Assembly (NCBI RefSeq): GCF_009914755.1
Contig: NC_060947.1
Length of the DNA: 64,000 nucleotides
From: the human T2T-CHM13v2.0 reference genome, Homo sapiens
Reading direction: 5' to 3' (one strand)
Positions within the stretch are counted from its first letter, which is position 1; the number at the start of each line of letters is the position of its first letter. Shown piece after piece: positions 1-14,285 of this stretch. The notes beneath the pieces were generated by a model. The model was not told where the DNA came from. It saw only the letters and a program-made list of their open reading frames with translations, and made no database searches. The position numbers and the translations under genes were made by a program.

Positions 1-596
1 GTATAGTTTGAAAATATTTCCTCCCATTATGTAGGTGGTCTGTTTAATCTGTTGATAGTTTCTTTTGCTCTGCAGAAACTCTTTGGTTTTATTTTCTCCC
101 ACTTGTCCATTTTTGTTTTTGTTGTGATTGTTTTTGATGTCTTTGTCATGAAATCTTTGCCTATTCCTATGTCCAGGATGGTATTGCCGAGGTTGCCTTC
201 CAGGGTTTTTATAGATTTGGGTTTTACATTTAAGTCTTTAATCTCATTTGAGTTAATTTTTGTATACAGTGTAATGGAGGGGTCCAGTTTCAATCTTCTG
301 CTAGCCAGTTTTCTCAACATCATGTACTAATGAGGAGTCCTTTCCTCATTGCTTGTTTTTGTCAGCTTTGTCAAAGATAAGATAATCGTCAGTGAATGGC
401 CTTATTTCTGGGCTCTCTATTCTGTTCCATTGGTCTGTGTCTACTTTTGTGTTGTTGCCTTGCTCTTTTGGTTACTGTAGCCATGTAGCATAGTTTGAAG
501 TTGGGTAGCATGATGTCCTTAGCTTTGTTCTTTTTGTTTAGGATTGCATTGGCTATTCAGGCTCTTTTTGCTACCATATACATTTAAAAATATTTT
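1..596 (-). mobile_element. LINE-1 ORF2 C-terminal fragment (L1PA/L1PB-like), runs off window start
   Basis: ORF 27..323(-) reads [49 protein letters not shown], the typical L1 ORF2p C-terminal region. Confidence 0.92.
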
Positions 597-604
597 TTTC
601 TAAA

Positions 605-1100
605 AAACTCCAAGTTTACATTTCTCCTCCCACTTTATGTCATTGTTATCATAATTCACTTCTTTTTATATTGTGTATCCTAACAAAAGTTTTTACCTAC
701 GGTTATTTTTAATATCTTTGGCTTGTAATTTTATATTATTATTAAAGTGATTTATGAACTACCATGACTGTATATATTACTATTTGCCTACATATTTACT
801 TATACCAGTGAGATTTATAATTGTATGCTTTTGTGTAACTGTTTAACATCATTTTATTTCAAGTTTAGGAACTACTTTTAATATTTTTTGTAAGTCATGT
901 CTAGTGCTGACAAATTCCCTCAATTGTTTGTCTGGAAAAGTATCTTAGTAGATATTTTTTAATTAGGCACTTTGAATATATCACCCTACATCCTTCAAGG
1001 CTTCAAAATTTCTGATGAAAAAAATGCTTATTGTCTTATAGAGATTTCTGTTTACATGTCAATTTGGTTTAATGTTGCTGTTTTTAAAATATTTTGACTT
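605..1100 (-). mobile_element. Old L1M fragment (ORF1 end/inter-ORF region)
   Basis: Degenerate antisense L1M motifs, e.g. gtctagtgctgacaaattccctc..tgtttgtctggaaaag and gcactttgaatatatca. Confidence 0.6.
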
Positions 1101-2368
1101 TTCTAGCAATGCAAGGATAGTTCAATGTACACAAATCAACAAATGTGATTCACTACATAAACAACAACAATAAAACTATATGATCTTCTCAATAGATTCA
1201 GAAAAACCATTCAATAACATTCAACATCCCTTCATGATAAAAGCCCTCAAAAACATAGACATCAAAAGAACATACATCAAAATAATAAAAGTCATATACA
1301 TAAAACCTACAGCCAACATCATACTTAATAGAAAAAAATGGAAATATTTTCCCCTAAGAACTTGTAAAAGACCAAGATTTTCACTTTTTCCAATTCTCTT
1401 CAACATAGTTGTGGAAGTCCTAGCCAGAGCAATCAACAAGAGAAAGAAATGAGAAATTCAGTTTATCTCTGTTCATGGACAACATGATTTTATACCTGGA
1501 AACCCTAAAGACTCCCCTGAAAGACTCTTTGATTTGATAAATGACTTCACTAAATTTTCAGGATACAAAATAAAAATAAAAAATCAATAGCATTTCTATA
1601 CAGCAGTATATAACCATCAAGAAGAGAACAAAATTAAGAACTTAATCTCATTCATAATAGCTACCTCAATAATACCTAAAAATGAAATTTACCAAGGAGG
1701 TGAAAGAACTCTACGAGGAGAACTACAAAACACTGATGAAAGAAATTGTAGATGATACAAATGGAAAAACACCCTGTGCTAATGGATTGGAAAAATCAAT
1801 ATTGTTAAAATGGCCATACAACCCAAAGCAATCTACCAATTTGATGCAATTCCTATCCAGTTACATATATCATTTTTCACAGAATTAGGAAGACACAATT
1901 CTAAAGTTCAGATGGAATCAAGAACAAATATAAAATTGCCAAAGCAATTATAAAAAAAGATATCTGGAGACATTACATTATCTGAACTCAAATTATACAA
2001 TGAGGCTACAGTAATAAAAGTAGCATGATACTAGGATAAACATATATACATAGGTTTATAGAACAGAATACAGAGCCCAGAAATAAAGCCACATATCTAA
2101 AACCAACTGATCTTTGACAAAGTTGAAAAAATTATACACTGAGGAAAAGAGACTACATTCAATAAATTGTGTTATCTCTCATCTCATATAAAATTAAGGC
2201 AAAATGAATTAAACACTTAAATGTAAGACCTGAAATTATTAAAATTCTAGAAGAATACTATTCTGGACATTAGCCAAGGCATATAACTTATGACAAATTC
2301 CTCAAAAGCAAGCACAACAAAAATAAAATCAGACAAATGGGATATAATTAAATTAAAACTTTCTATGG
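1101..2368 (+). mobile_element. LINE-1 ORF2 fragment (RT to C-terminal region), decayed
   Basis: ORFs 1180..1452 (MIFSIDSEKPFNNIQHPFMIK..LFNIVVEVLARAI) and 1682..1888 (KEVKELYEENYKTLMKEI) match L1 ORF2p. Confidence 0.92.
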
Positions 2369-2783
2369 AAGATGAAATTTAGATAATTATAAAATAAATA
2401 GGCAAATATGAAAATATTAAAATTATAATACTTTGTGACCATGAAAAGATTGTCATAATTTACATTTCTTTCAAATTGATAATGGTATCCTGGGATTTTG
2501 TGTTGTATCCAGGCATAATTTCAGATGAAATATAATTGTTAGTATGATTTTTTTTATTAACTGAGAGGCTGTATGATTATTATAAGTCCTCAGATTTGGA
2601 ACTGTTAGAGGGCTTACTCTTATTCTTCCAAGAATATAAAAAAAGTAATGGTTGTCCATTGCTTAGTGAGTAGGTGACATAAAGAAAAATATTTTCAAGA
2701 ATTCTTTTTACAGCAAGTCTTTTTCTAACTGAGTAGATTCACCAGATATTGCTTATTGGGATGCATATATTATAATCCTTCTA

Positions 2784-2872
2784 ACAGTGGTTCTCAATAT
2801 TCATTGAACATAAAAACCCTTGGGAACTTGTTAGAGTGCTGGTTTCTAGACTTTTTTTCAGAAATTGATTCT
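2784..2872. mobile_element. MER5-like hAT DNA transposon remnant
   Basis: Starts with cagtggttctcaa TIR-like sequence followed by gaacttgttag..cagaaattgattc; highly degenerate. Confidence 0.4.
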
Positions 2873-5562
2873 ACACTTGAGAAATCTCTTCTTATGCTGC
2901 TAGGAGAGCTTACCTTTGAAATTTCTCACAAAAACAAGTCGCATAAGGAAAAATACATAATTTAAAGACTATACTTAACCTTTATACTTAAAATTCAAGT
3001 GAATTTTAAAAGAGTTTTACTTTTATGATATTTTGAAACAAATATACAAATTTCTTAATCATCTCTTCCTCAGGAGAATTGTTCTAGTATCTGCAATTAT
3101 CAACTGAAATATATTTAGAGTTTCATAGACCAGTTTATCACAACTTTTGCTTTTGTTGTAAAAAAAAAAAGACATAATCACGATGATTTAAATATTGAGT
3201 TTAATGAAGTGAAGTAAAACATGAGTTTAATAAGCTGACCTTTTAAATCAGAACCTCTAAAATTCTGTTAAAGTTTAACTGTCTCTTTAAGTCTCTGAGA
3301 CTGGATAGAAAATCAAGCATGCACTCATCCTGTCAATTTTCCACAGTCCTGCCTAAGAAATTTGTCCAAAAGTACCTTAAAAACAATATCAAAACTAGCC
3401 AACAATTGACTATGCTTATGAATTGATTGTGATTCACTGAAGACCTCCTAGAATTTAACTGAGAGTGAGATGATTATTTACAACTCATTATTTTACTGAA
3501 GTTTTATTAGCCTAGAAAACATTGACATTTCTTTAGCAAAATAACATGGAAGCATATAGAGTAATCAAAGTGCTTGAAATAAAGTAGTGATTTTGTTTTG
3601 TTTTGCTTTATTTTTAGTATATCACCACATTTTTCTGGTTATATAATAAGAAAGTGGTTGTAATTAGAACACCATGTCAGAACCATAACCCTAATTTCTT
3701 CATGCTTCCCTTTTGTCAGCTTTTGAGATATTTACTGTTTAATACTTGTCCGCTTTTGTGATAAAATAACAACAATAATTTTTGTTCATTAGAATTATTA
3801 TATAGTCATTTTATTGTTGTACGTTTTGTCAAGTTCTTTTCTTTTGGCATTGTGCACACACTACAAAAGCAAAATTTAGTCCTTTCAAAGAGTTGAAAAG
3901 AAGCAATCTCTTATATGACAAATCCAACATTATCATATGTAAACCTCATTTGCTATGGAATGTCTCCCTGTTTCCAGCTCATTAATTGAATGAAACCTAT
4001 TTTCACATTCTAGTAGGCAGCACTCTTCTTGAACTAATTGAATGATGTCTTTAGAAAAACAAAAAAGAAAGCAGGAATATATAATGTGATTAAATAATTC
4101 CCCAAAGGAATGGAATGAAAATATCCTGCTAGAAATATCAAAATCACAATATTATGCTAAATTAGGAAAGATAAAATTAGGATGAGGAAGTTGGTATTCT
4201 TAAGATACAAAATTATTTGCTTACTAAAATCTACCAAATATTGAATAGGCAATCAAGATTGTTTTTTCCTACTTAATTAAATTGTGCCAACATGAATAAA
4301 GAAATGGTTTTATATTGAAATTATATAACCAACTGCAATACTGTTTCTTTTTTTCTGTTGTGTGATAAGAAACTAAAGCCTAAATCATTTTGTTCTTTAC
4401 AAGAGAAATACCTGCCCATCTGTAATTGAGTGACTATGTTTAAAGATGTAGTTATCTAACAATGAGGCACTGTGGTGCACCATCCAAATTCACATCCATA
4501 TATTTTATTCTAAGCCTTCCTAACAAAGACCAAGTAGCCCTTTGTGTATAATCAGAATGCCTAAGAACTCTTGGATAGCTTCAATTTAAAAAGACAGATA
4601 ACCAAGCATTATCTCCATTTGCCCACATTGATAGTACTTCTAAAACCTATTAAAAACATAACAAAACAAAACCAACAAAAACAAAACTGATTTCTAGGAG
4701 AATGAGCAAGAACACACAGAGAGAGAATAACGATGAGTAGAGCAAGAGGTTTTGGTTCCACCACTTGATGATGATGATTATAATAATAATACCTTACATT
4801 TGAATAGCACACAATGCTTTTGCATATATTATCTCAATTGCTACGCAACCAGAAACCACTCCATACCTTTTCTATTCCAAGACTGACTTGTTTGTGAAAA
4901 AGAGCTAGCTGAAACAATGAACCATATTAACCATACTAACATAACAAGCACATATTGAGTTAGACACTATATCTATATAGTCTACTGTCCCTAAGACTGA
5001 TAGCAAAAGCTTTGTGAGAGTGGAACAAGGCCACCAGTGTATACCAAACAAACAGCCTAGATTTTCTTTGATATTCTATTATGGCTTTGTCATCCATAGA
5101 TTTACTTAAACCATTTATGAAGCTAGTTACCTTTTAATTCCATATACCTACTTGGCATCCCAATGTACATTTCCCACTGGATATAGAAGTAGTTTTTGTA
5201 TTTGTCTTTTTTTGTAATTGGTAGTACATTCACATGGTTCAAACTCAAAAGATACAAAAAAGGATACAAAAAAGGATATAGAATGAAAAGAAGTCTTCCT
5301 CCTTCCCACCTGCTATGCTGCAGACACCTATATCTTCTCCTCCAAGGAAATGAGAGTTATAAACTTCTTGTGTATCTTTAGGGATGGTCTGTGTATATTT
5401 AACCAAACGCACATGCACACATTTTTAAATAAATGGTAGCAGGCTTACTGCTCTGATTCTTGAGTTTTCTACTTAACAATATATCTTTGAGTTAAGATTC
5501 TGTAAGTAGAAAAAACTACCTTATTCTTTTTTAGTATTTGTATAGTGTCCCAGGTACAGAAC

Positions 5563-6172
<610 letters not shown>

Positions 6173-6576
6173 ATATAGATGAGCTATCATTTATTTAACC
6201 TCTTGTTTATTAATAAAAATTTAGATTTTTATTCTATTCATTTGGTATTACAAACAATACTAAGATTAATAACATTTAAAATCATTATGGATTGGGCAGA
6301 TGGGATTCCTGGAACAAAATATAAGCATTATATATTTTGATAGGTATAGCTAAACTGTCCTTAATTGTGTTCATACTAATTTACACTCCAAACATCAATG
6401 TGTGAGAATGTGTTTTTTCTACACTCTAACAAAAATTATTTCAACAATTATTTTTCCTCTTTGCCTGTTTAATGAGTGACATTTGATTTTCTGTTACAGT
6501 AATTTTTATTTTTCTTATTTTCAGTGAGGTAGAACATTTTTTATAAGTTTTAGGGTCCTTTATTCATTTTCTGTAT

Positions 6577-6702
6577 GTTCATTCATTCATCAAATATTTT
6601 TTGAGTGCATAGAATATGCCAGGTTTTTTCTAGGGTTTTGGGACACACCAAAAAACAAAACAAAGTTATCTCCCTTGCGCTGTTTACATTTTAGTGAGGA
6701 AA
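6577..6702 (-). mobile_element. L2 3' end
   Basis: ttcattcattcatcaaatattttttgagtgc..tatgccagg is the L2 terminal signature. Confidence 0.7.
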
Positions 6703-6708
6703 AACCAT

Positions 6709-6852
6709 ATGTGTGTGTGTATAGAGAGATAGATAGATAAATAGATGGATATAGATACTACTGTATATAGTAATATCTTTCGTATGAGTAGATATCTATG
6801 CTATACCTAGTTCATAGTATCTATATATATATTATATATATATATGGATATA
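6709..6852. repeat. (TG)n/(GATA)n/(TA)n simple repeats
   Basis: Directly visible compound microsatellite. Confidence 0.8.
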
Positions 6853-6972
6853 GTATCTTGGAGATAAAAACATGAAAAAATAAAACATACATAAGGCAGG
6901 GAAAAAAATTGGAAGTATAGAGTTGCAGTGGAATATAAACTTTCCATTAATTTACTTTTTTATTTTAAAACT

Positions 6973-7135
6973 ATTTTTAAAGGTGGAGTTTTGCTGTGTT
7001 GGCAAGGCTATAGAGCAGTGGCTATTCACAGGCATGATCAAAGTGCACTGCAGCCTCGAACTCCAGGGCTCAAGAGATCCTCCCACCTTAGCCTCCAAAT
7101 AGCTGGGACTACAAGTTTGTGCCACTGCATCCAGT
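6973..7135 (-). mobile_element. FAM (fossil Alu monomer)
   Basis: Monomeric Alu-like sequence retaining gcagtggctattcacaggcatgatc, the 7SL-derived segment characteristic of FAM. Confidence 0.85.
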
Positions 7136-7284
7136 TTACTTTTTAATTTTTAAATATCTTTCTCTTAAGTTTTTAAAATTACTTTTTCTAGCATTACCCT
7201 GTCACAAGCACACACATATACATGCATAAAAATCCCCTCTTCAACATATGTATGCATGTGCACACGCACACACATCTGCCCTTG

Positions 7285-7533
7285 TAATACAGTGATTAAG
7301 AGCATGAGCTATGATATCAAACAGATCCACATTTAAATTCAGACTCTTCTTATGACTGTGAGACTATTTGCAAGTTATTTAGACCCACTGAGCCTAAATA
7401 CCCTAGTAACAAAAATGGGTAAGAATAGTACTTATACCATAGAAATGTTGTAAATGTTAAATGATATAATATATGTTAAACGTTCAGCACCACGCCTTGT
7501 ACATTACAAAAAATGAGAACTATTCGCTATTAT
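7285..7533 (+). mobile_element. MIR SINE
   Basis: agtgattaagagcatgagct..tgcaagttattt..ctgagcct..aaaatggg..gtaaatgttaaatgatataat, near full-length MIR pattern. Confidence 0.75.
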
Positions 7534-9055
7534 CTGAAGAAGTTTGTAAATCCTAGATCTGTCTCTTTTACCATCTCTTTCACTAACTACAGACTGTTAC
7601 TCTTCCCTTAAAGAATAAGGAACTCTAAACTTTTAAGTATTTTTTTATACAGTAGACACCATTCCATTGATCATTTGATTTGTCCTCCTCTGGTATGTAA
7701 GTTGTATTACTGATGCCTGGGCATCCAGTAATAGTTCATATTTATATATTTTCCTCTTTAGTACTTGTAATGCCTAATGTACTTTTTAGTTGTTACAAAT
7801 TTCAGAGAAAAATTTCCAGGTAAATTATGTATGTAGGCAAAAAAGCTTATATGCACATTCACCTATACATTTATAGAAATCCATCAATTAAAATATGTAT
7901 ATATCTATGTCCATATTTATGTGCATACACACACACCTTTCGCATTATTTAGATTCATTAACTTTCTTAAGAAAAAATCTCAGTGATTAATAGCTTAACT
8001 TACACCATTATACTATCTTTGCTTCACTGTTAAATTATCTTTTCTGGAGTTGTTTGGCTTTCTCAGCTTTCCAACTTGGAAAAATAATACGCATATATTA
8101 TAGTTTTAATTTTTATGTTCATTATAGCATTTAAATTTTGCCAGAAGAATCTACCAATTGAACCCATTTCCCCAAAAACAACTATGTCAGCTGGTTTGCT
8201 TGAAGTATGAGAGTTACTTTATTTCCTTACTACTTTCACAGACATTCCAATGTACTTGTAGCAAATCCATGTTGCTCTTTTTAACCCAAATTTGAGAGAT
8301 TCAATGAGGGCTTGATATATTTGAATGGAGTTTACAGTATTTGTAATGTCCATGTAGCTTTGTTAATTTTGCATTTGTTCGAATATTTGAGTGCCTAATG
8401 TTAGGCATTGTGTAATATTCTTAGTATACAATAGTGAAAAAGACAAACATACAAAAATATAAATAAAATAGCTTCCAGAGAACAGAAGTTGTGTTTTCTT
8501 TACTTCTTTAACTAGACAGCCACTCTCCCATTAATACCTTACAAATTTCCTGGCATAAAGGTGCTCTGCTTATTATATATACAAGAATAATCTTTGCCAC
8601 GATTAAAAACTATCAACTATAATATAAAATAATCTTTTAAACAAGAAATATATTGAATCAAATTAGCTGCCAGAGCTAACAAAATTAGTTACTTAATTAA
8701 CTTTTGTATCTTCCATTTTCATGTTGTCAATTTTAGCAGTAGAGAATCTTTACTCCTGTTTCTAGATTAATGTTATTATTCTTGGTAGAGTCAAGGAATT
8801 CATTGTCTATAAATTTTTATCTCCTTCTCAATGCTTCCCAAATGTCTCACATGCAATAAATAGAAATATCTATATCTGTTCTAATTGACGATTTAGAATG
8901 AGTGCAAATACTTTAATTTATTATGATTAAAATATTAAAGATGCTTGTGATAATTATATGTTGAATCAGGCAATGGTGTTTTGGACAATAATGGAGCAAC
9001 ATAACTCAGTGTGATAGTGGTAAATATATATTAATTATTTTAATTCAAAATAGAT

Positions 9056-9665
9056 TGAGTTTGCCACCACCAGATTGCTTCCCACCTGTGGAACCCCCAC
9101 TGAATAATCCTCACTCACAGTGCCACCACTGGAGCACTTCATGCTTGCGATGCCCCACTGGAGTGCTTCCTGACTCTCCCACCCCCATCAGAATGCTTCT
9201 TGCCTGCAATGATGTGCCACAGCTGCCTCAGTGCTTCTCACCCCCCACCTACACCTCCAGAGCCCTTCCTCCCCACCACAACCTCATTGAAATACTTTCT
9301 ACACATGGCACCCACCTGCAGAAGCACCCCCCCATGTGTAACACCCTTGTTGTCTCAGCCCAAGTGTCTTCTGCCCACCATGCCCAATGCTGGAGAGCCT
9401 ACCATTGCCGGCACCATATGCAGGATTGTTACCCACCTGTTATGTTCCCTACCTCAGTGCCTCCCACTTGTGATGCTTATGCTGACCCCACTAGAGTACT
9501 CTCACCTGTGGCACCCCCTGCCAGAGTGCTTCCTACCCACAGCATCCCCTGCCAGAGTGCCTCCCACAGACAGCACCCCAACACTCCTGCTAGAGCACTT
9601 TCCACACACAGTGCCTCCCACTAGAACACCCACACCAATGGCCCCTGCCATCTCCTATAGAGTGC
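9056..9665 (+). repeat. Degenerate C-rich tandem array (~29-30 bp unit) in the L1 5'UTR
   Basis: Recurrent core ccc(a/tg)ccagagtgcttcc, e.g. ccccactggagtgcttcc, cccctgccagagtgcttcc, cccctgccagagtgcctcc. Confidence 0.75.
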
Positions 9666-11149
9666 TGTTGTCAGCAGTCTGGGAGTATCTGGTTTCCTCT
9701 AGCCCAGACAAGGCTTGATCTCAAGGAACCAGAGGATAAAGCCACTGCACCAGTTCTAGTCCCCCAGAGTTAGGACATGCAGCCCAAGAGTGTGGAGCTG
9801 AGCCTTTATCTCTAAGAGCATCCAGAAACAAAACCATTCAACCACATCCAACAATAAAGATTATAAAGTACAAAAAGCCATATCCAAAGGAAAGTAACTT
9901 CAAAAGAAAAAAGCTCATCAGATCTCAAAAATGAGAAACAACCAGCACAAGAACTCTAGCGACTGTAATAGCTGGAGTGTCTTCTTACTTCCAAATGATC
10001 ACACTAGCTTCCTAGAAATGAATCCTAACCAGATTGAAACGCCTAAAATGTCAGATGTAGAATTCAGAATCTTGATGGTAAAGAAGCTATTTGATATATA
10101 AGAGAATGTTGAAATCAAATCCAAGGAAAACAGTAAAATAACTCAAGAGTTGAAAAATGACATAACCATTTTAAAAAAAGAATCAAACTGAACTTATGGA
10201 AATAAAAAATTCCCTACAAGTATTTCAAAATGCAATTGGAAGTATTAACAACATAATAGACCAAGCAAAGGAAAGAATCTCAGAGCTCTAAGACCACTCC
10301 TTTAAAATAACACAGGCAAACAAAAATAAAGAAATATGAATTTTAAAATGCAAAGAACTTCTGAGAAATATGGAACTATGTAAAGAGACTACACCTATGA
10401 CTTATTGACATTCCAGAAAGAGGAGAGAGAACAAGAAACTTGAAAACATAATTGAAGTTATAGTTAATGACAATTGTTCCGATCTCACTAGAGTGATTGC
10501 CATGCAAATTCGAGAAATTCTGAGAACCCTGTGAGGTACTATGTGAGATGGCCAGACCCGAGAAAAACAGACATCATGTTTGCCAAGGTCAACACAAAAG
10601 AAAAATATCTTAAAGTCAGTTAGAGAAAAGGAGCAGGTCACTTACAAAAGAAACTCCTTAATGCTAACAGTGGACCTTTCAGCAGAAACCTCACAAGTCA
10701 GAAGACATTGGGGTCCTATTTTCAAAATCCTTAAAAAAGAAAACTCCAAACAAGAAATTCATATTTCATCAAATAAGCTTAATCGATGAAGGAGAAATAA
10801 ATTTTTTTCAGACAAGCAAAAGCTAAGATAATATTTTGACACTAGACCTGCCTTGCAAGAGCTTCTAAAGGGAGTCGTAAACATGGAAATGAAAAAATAA
10901 TACATGCCACTACAAAAACACATTTCCCATTTACACTACAAAGCAATTCTATAATCAAGTTTACATAACAACCAGCTAACAGCATGATGTCAGTGTCAAA
11001 GTATCGCATACCATTATTGACCCTGAATGTAAATGAGCTAAATGTTCCACTAAAAGGGCATGGTATGGCAAGCTGGATAAAGACACAGGAGGAAACTGTA
11101 TGCTGTCTTCAAGAGACCCATCTCACAAATAATGACACCAATAGGCTCA

Positions 11150-11568
<419 letters not shown>

Positions 11569-13968
11569 TTACATACTGATAAATGGTTCAACCCAAAAGA
11601 AGACTTAAGTTATCCTAAATATACACACACACAACATTGGAGCACCCAGAATAATAAAGTAAGATCTTCCAGATTTATGAAAATTTTTAGACAACCACAT
11701 GATAATATTTGGGAACTACAACACCACATTGACAGCATGAAACAGATCATCAAGGAAGAAAACTAACAAAGATATTGTAGACTTAACACTTGACCAATTG
11801 GGCCTAATAGATTCCATAGAACACTTTACCTAAAAACAACAGAATATATATTCCTCTCATTTACACACAGCACATACTCAAAGTTCAACCAAGTGCTCAG
11901 CCATAAATCAATTATTAACAAATTAAAAACCCCACAATTCACACCAACCACACTCTTGGACCACGTGTAATAAAAATAGAAATTAATACCAAAAAAATCT
12001 CTAAAACCATACAAATACATAGAAGTTAAATAAACTGCTCCTGAATGACTATTGGGCAAATAAAAAATTAAGGCAGAAATAAAAAATTATATGAAACTGA
12101 AAAACAGAGACACAACATAACAGAATATTTGGGAAACAACTAAATCAGTGTTAAGAGGAAAATTTATATCACTAAATGTGAACATCAAAAATTTAGAGCT
12201 ATCTCAAGTTAACTTAACATTGCAGTTAGAGGAAGCAGAAAAACAAGAGAAAATCAACCCCAAAGCTAGAAGAAGAAAAGAAATTAACAAAATCAAAGCT
12301 GAACTGAACAAAATTGAAATGAGAAAATCCATATAAAAGATCAAAAAAGTCAGTTCTTTGAAAGATTCAATAAGTTTAATAGACTGCTAGCTAGATTTAT
12401 AAATAAAGAGATAAGATTCAAATAAACACAATCAGAAACTACAAAGATGATGCTACAACAAAACACACAAAAATATAAAAATATCATCAGAGACTATTAT
12501 AAACACCTCTAGGCACAAAACTAGAAATCCCAGAAGAAATAGATGAATTCCTGGAAACACACAGCCTTGCAAGATTGAACCAAGAAGGTATTTAAACCTG
12601 GAACAGACAAATAACAAGATATGAAATTTAATCAGTAATGAAAGACTTACCAGCCAGAAAAAGCCCTGGACCAGATAAATTTCAAGCTGAATTCTACCAG
12701 ACATACAAAGAAGAGGTAGTAGCAATACTACTGAAATTATTCCAAAAAATTAAAAAGGAGAGACTCCTCCCACACTCATTCTGCAAAGCCAGCTTCATTC
12801 TGATACTAAAGCCCAGCAGAGACACAATGAATAAATAAAACTTCAGGCCAATATGCCTGATGAACATAGACACAAAAATCCTCAACAAAATACTGGCAAA
12901 ACGAATCCAGCAGAACATCAAAAAGTTAATTCACCACAATAAAGTAGGCTTTATTCCTGGAATAAAAGGTTGGCTTAACATATGCACATCAATAAATGTG
13001 ATTCACTACATAAACAATGTTAATAACAAAATCCACATGATCATTTCAACAGATGCAGAAAAGACTTGCAACAAAATTCAACATCCCTTCATGTCAGAAT
13101 TCCTGAAATTAGGCATTGAAATAACATATTTGAAAATAATAAGAGCCATAAATGATGAATCCACAGCCAATGTCATTCTGAATTAGCAAAAAGTGGAAGT
13201 ACTTTCTTTGAGAACAGGAACAAGACAAGAATGCCTACACTCTCACCATTTCTATTCAATGTATTAATTACTGAAAGTCCTAGCCAAAGCAATCAGGCAA
13301 GAGAAAAAAATAAAAGGCATCCAGATAGGAAGAGAGGAAGTCAAACTATCTCTCCTCACAGACAGTGTGATTCCATACCTAGCAAACCCCATAGACTCCA
13401 CCAGAAGGCTTCTAGAACTGAAACACCAATTAAGTAAAGTTTCAGGATACAAAGTCTATGCAAAAACCCAGCAGCATATCTAAACACCAATAACATACAA
13501 TCTGGAAGCCAAATCAATAACAGAGTCCTATTTTCAATAGCTATGAAAATAACAAAATACCAAGGAATAAAGCTTAACAAGGTGAAAGAACTACACAAAG
13601 GTAATTACAAAACACCTCCAAACAAAATCAGTGACAACACAAACAAATAGAAAAACATTCCAAGCTCATGGACAAGAAAAATCCATGTTGTTAAAATTAC
13701 CATACTGCCAAAAGCAATTACAGACTCAATGCTATTCCTATGAATCTTCCAATGTCATTTTTCAAAGAATTAGAAAAAAAAATTCTAAAATTCATATGGA
13801 ACCAAATAAGTGCCCAAATAGCCAAAGCAATCGTATGGAAATAGAATAAAGTCACAAGTATTATATTACCTGATATCAAACTGCACTATAAGGCTAGAGT
13901 AATTAAAATAGCATGGTATTAGTACAAAAACAGACACATAGACCAACGGAACAAAAGAGAGAACCTGG

Positions 13969-14285
13969 GGCCGGGTGTGGTGGCTCACGCCTGTAATCCC
14001 AACACTTTGGAGGCTGAGGTGGGTGGATCACCTGAGGTCAGGAGTTCGAAACCAGCGTGGCCAACAGGGTGGAACCTCATCTATACTAAAAATACATAAA
14101 TTAGCTGGGCATGGTGGTGCACACCTATACTCCCAGCTACTCAGGAGGCTGAGGCAGGAAAATTGCATGAACCTAGGAGGCAGAGGTTGCAGTTAGCTGA
14201 GATCACCCCACTGCACTGTAGCCTGGGTGACAGAGCAAGAGTCCTTAAAAAAAAAATAGAAAAGAAAAAAAAAAGAGAGAGAGCA
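13969..14285 (+). mobile_element. AluS (Sx/Sz-like) inserted in L1 ORF2
   Basis: ggatcacctgaggtcaggagttcga; TSD agaacctgg at 13960-13968 and 14286-14294. Confidence 0.95.

Noticed and set aside
9055-9718. 189-aa and 172-aa Pro-rich ORFs as genes
   Set aside because: They start at non-ATG codons in a C-rich L1 5'UTR array; lack of stops is compositional.
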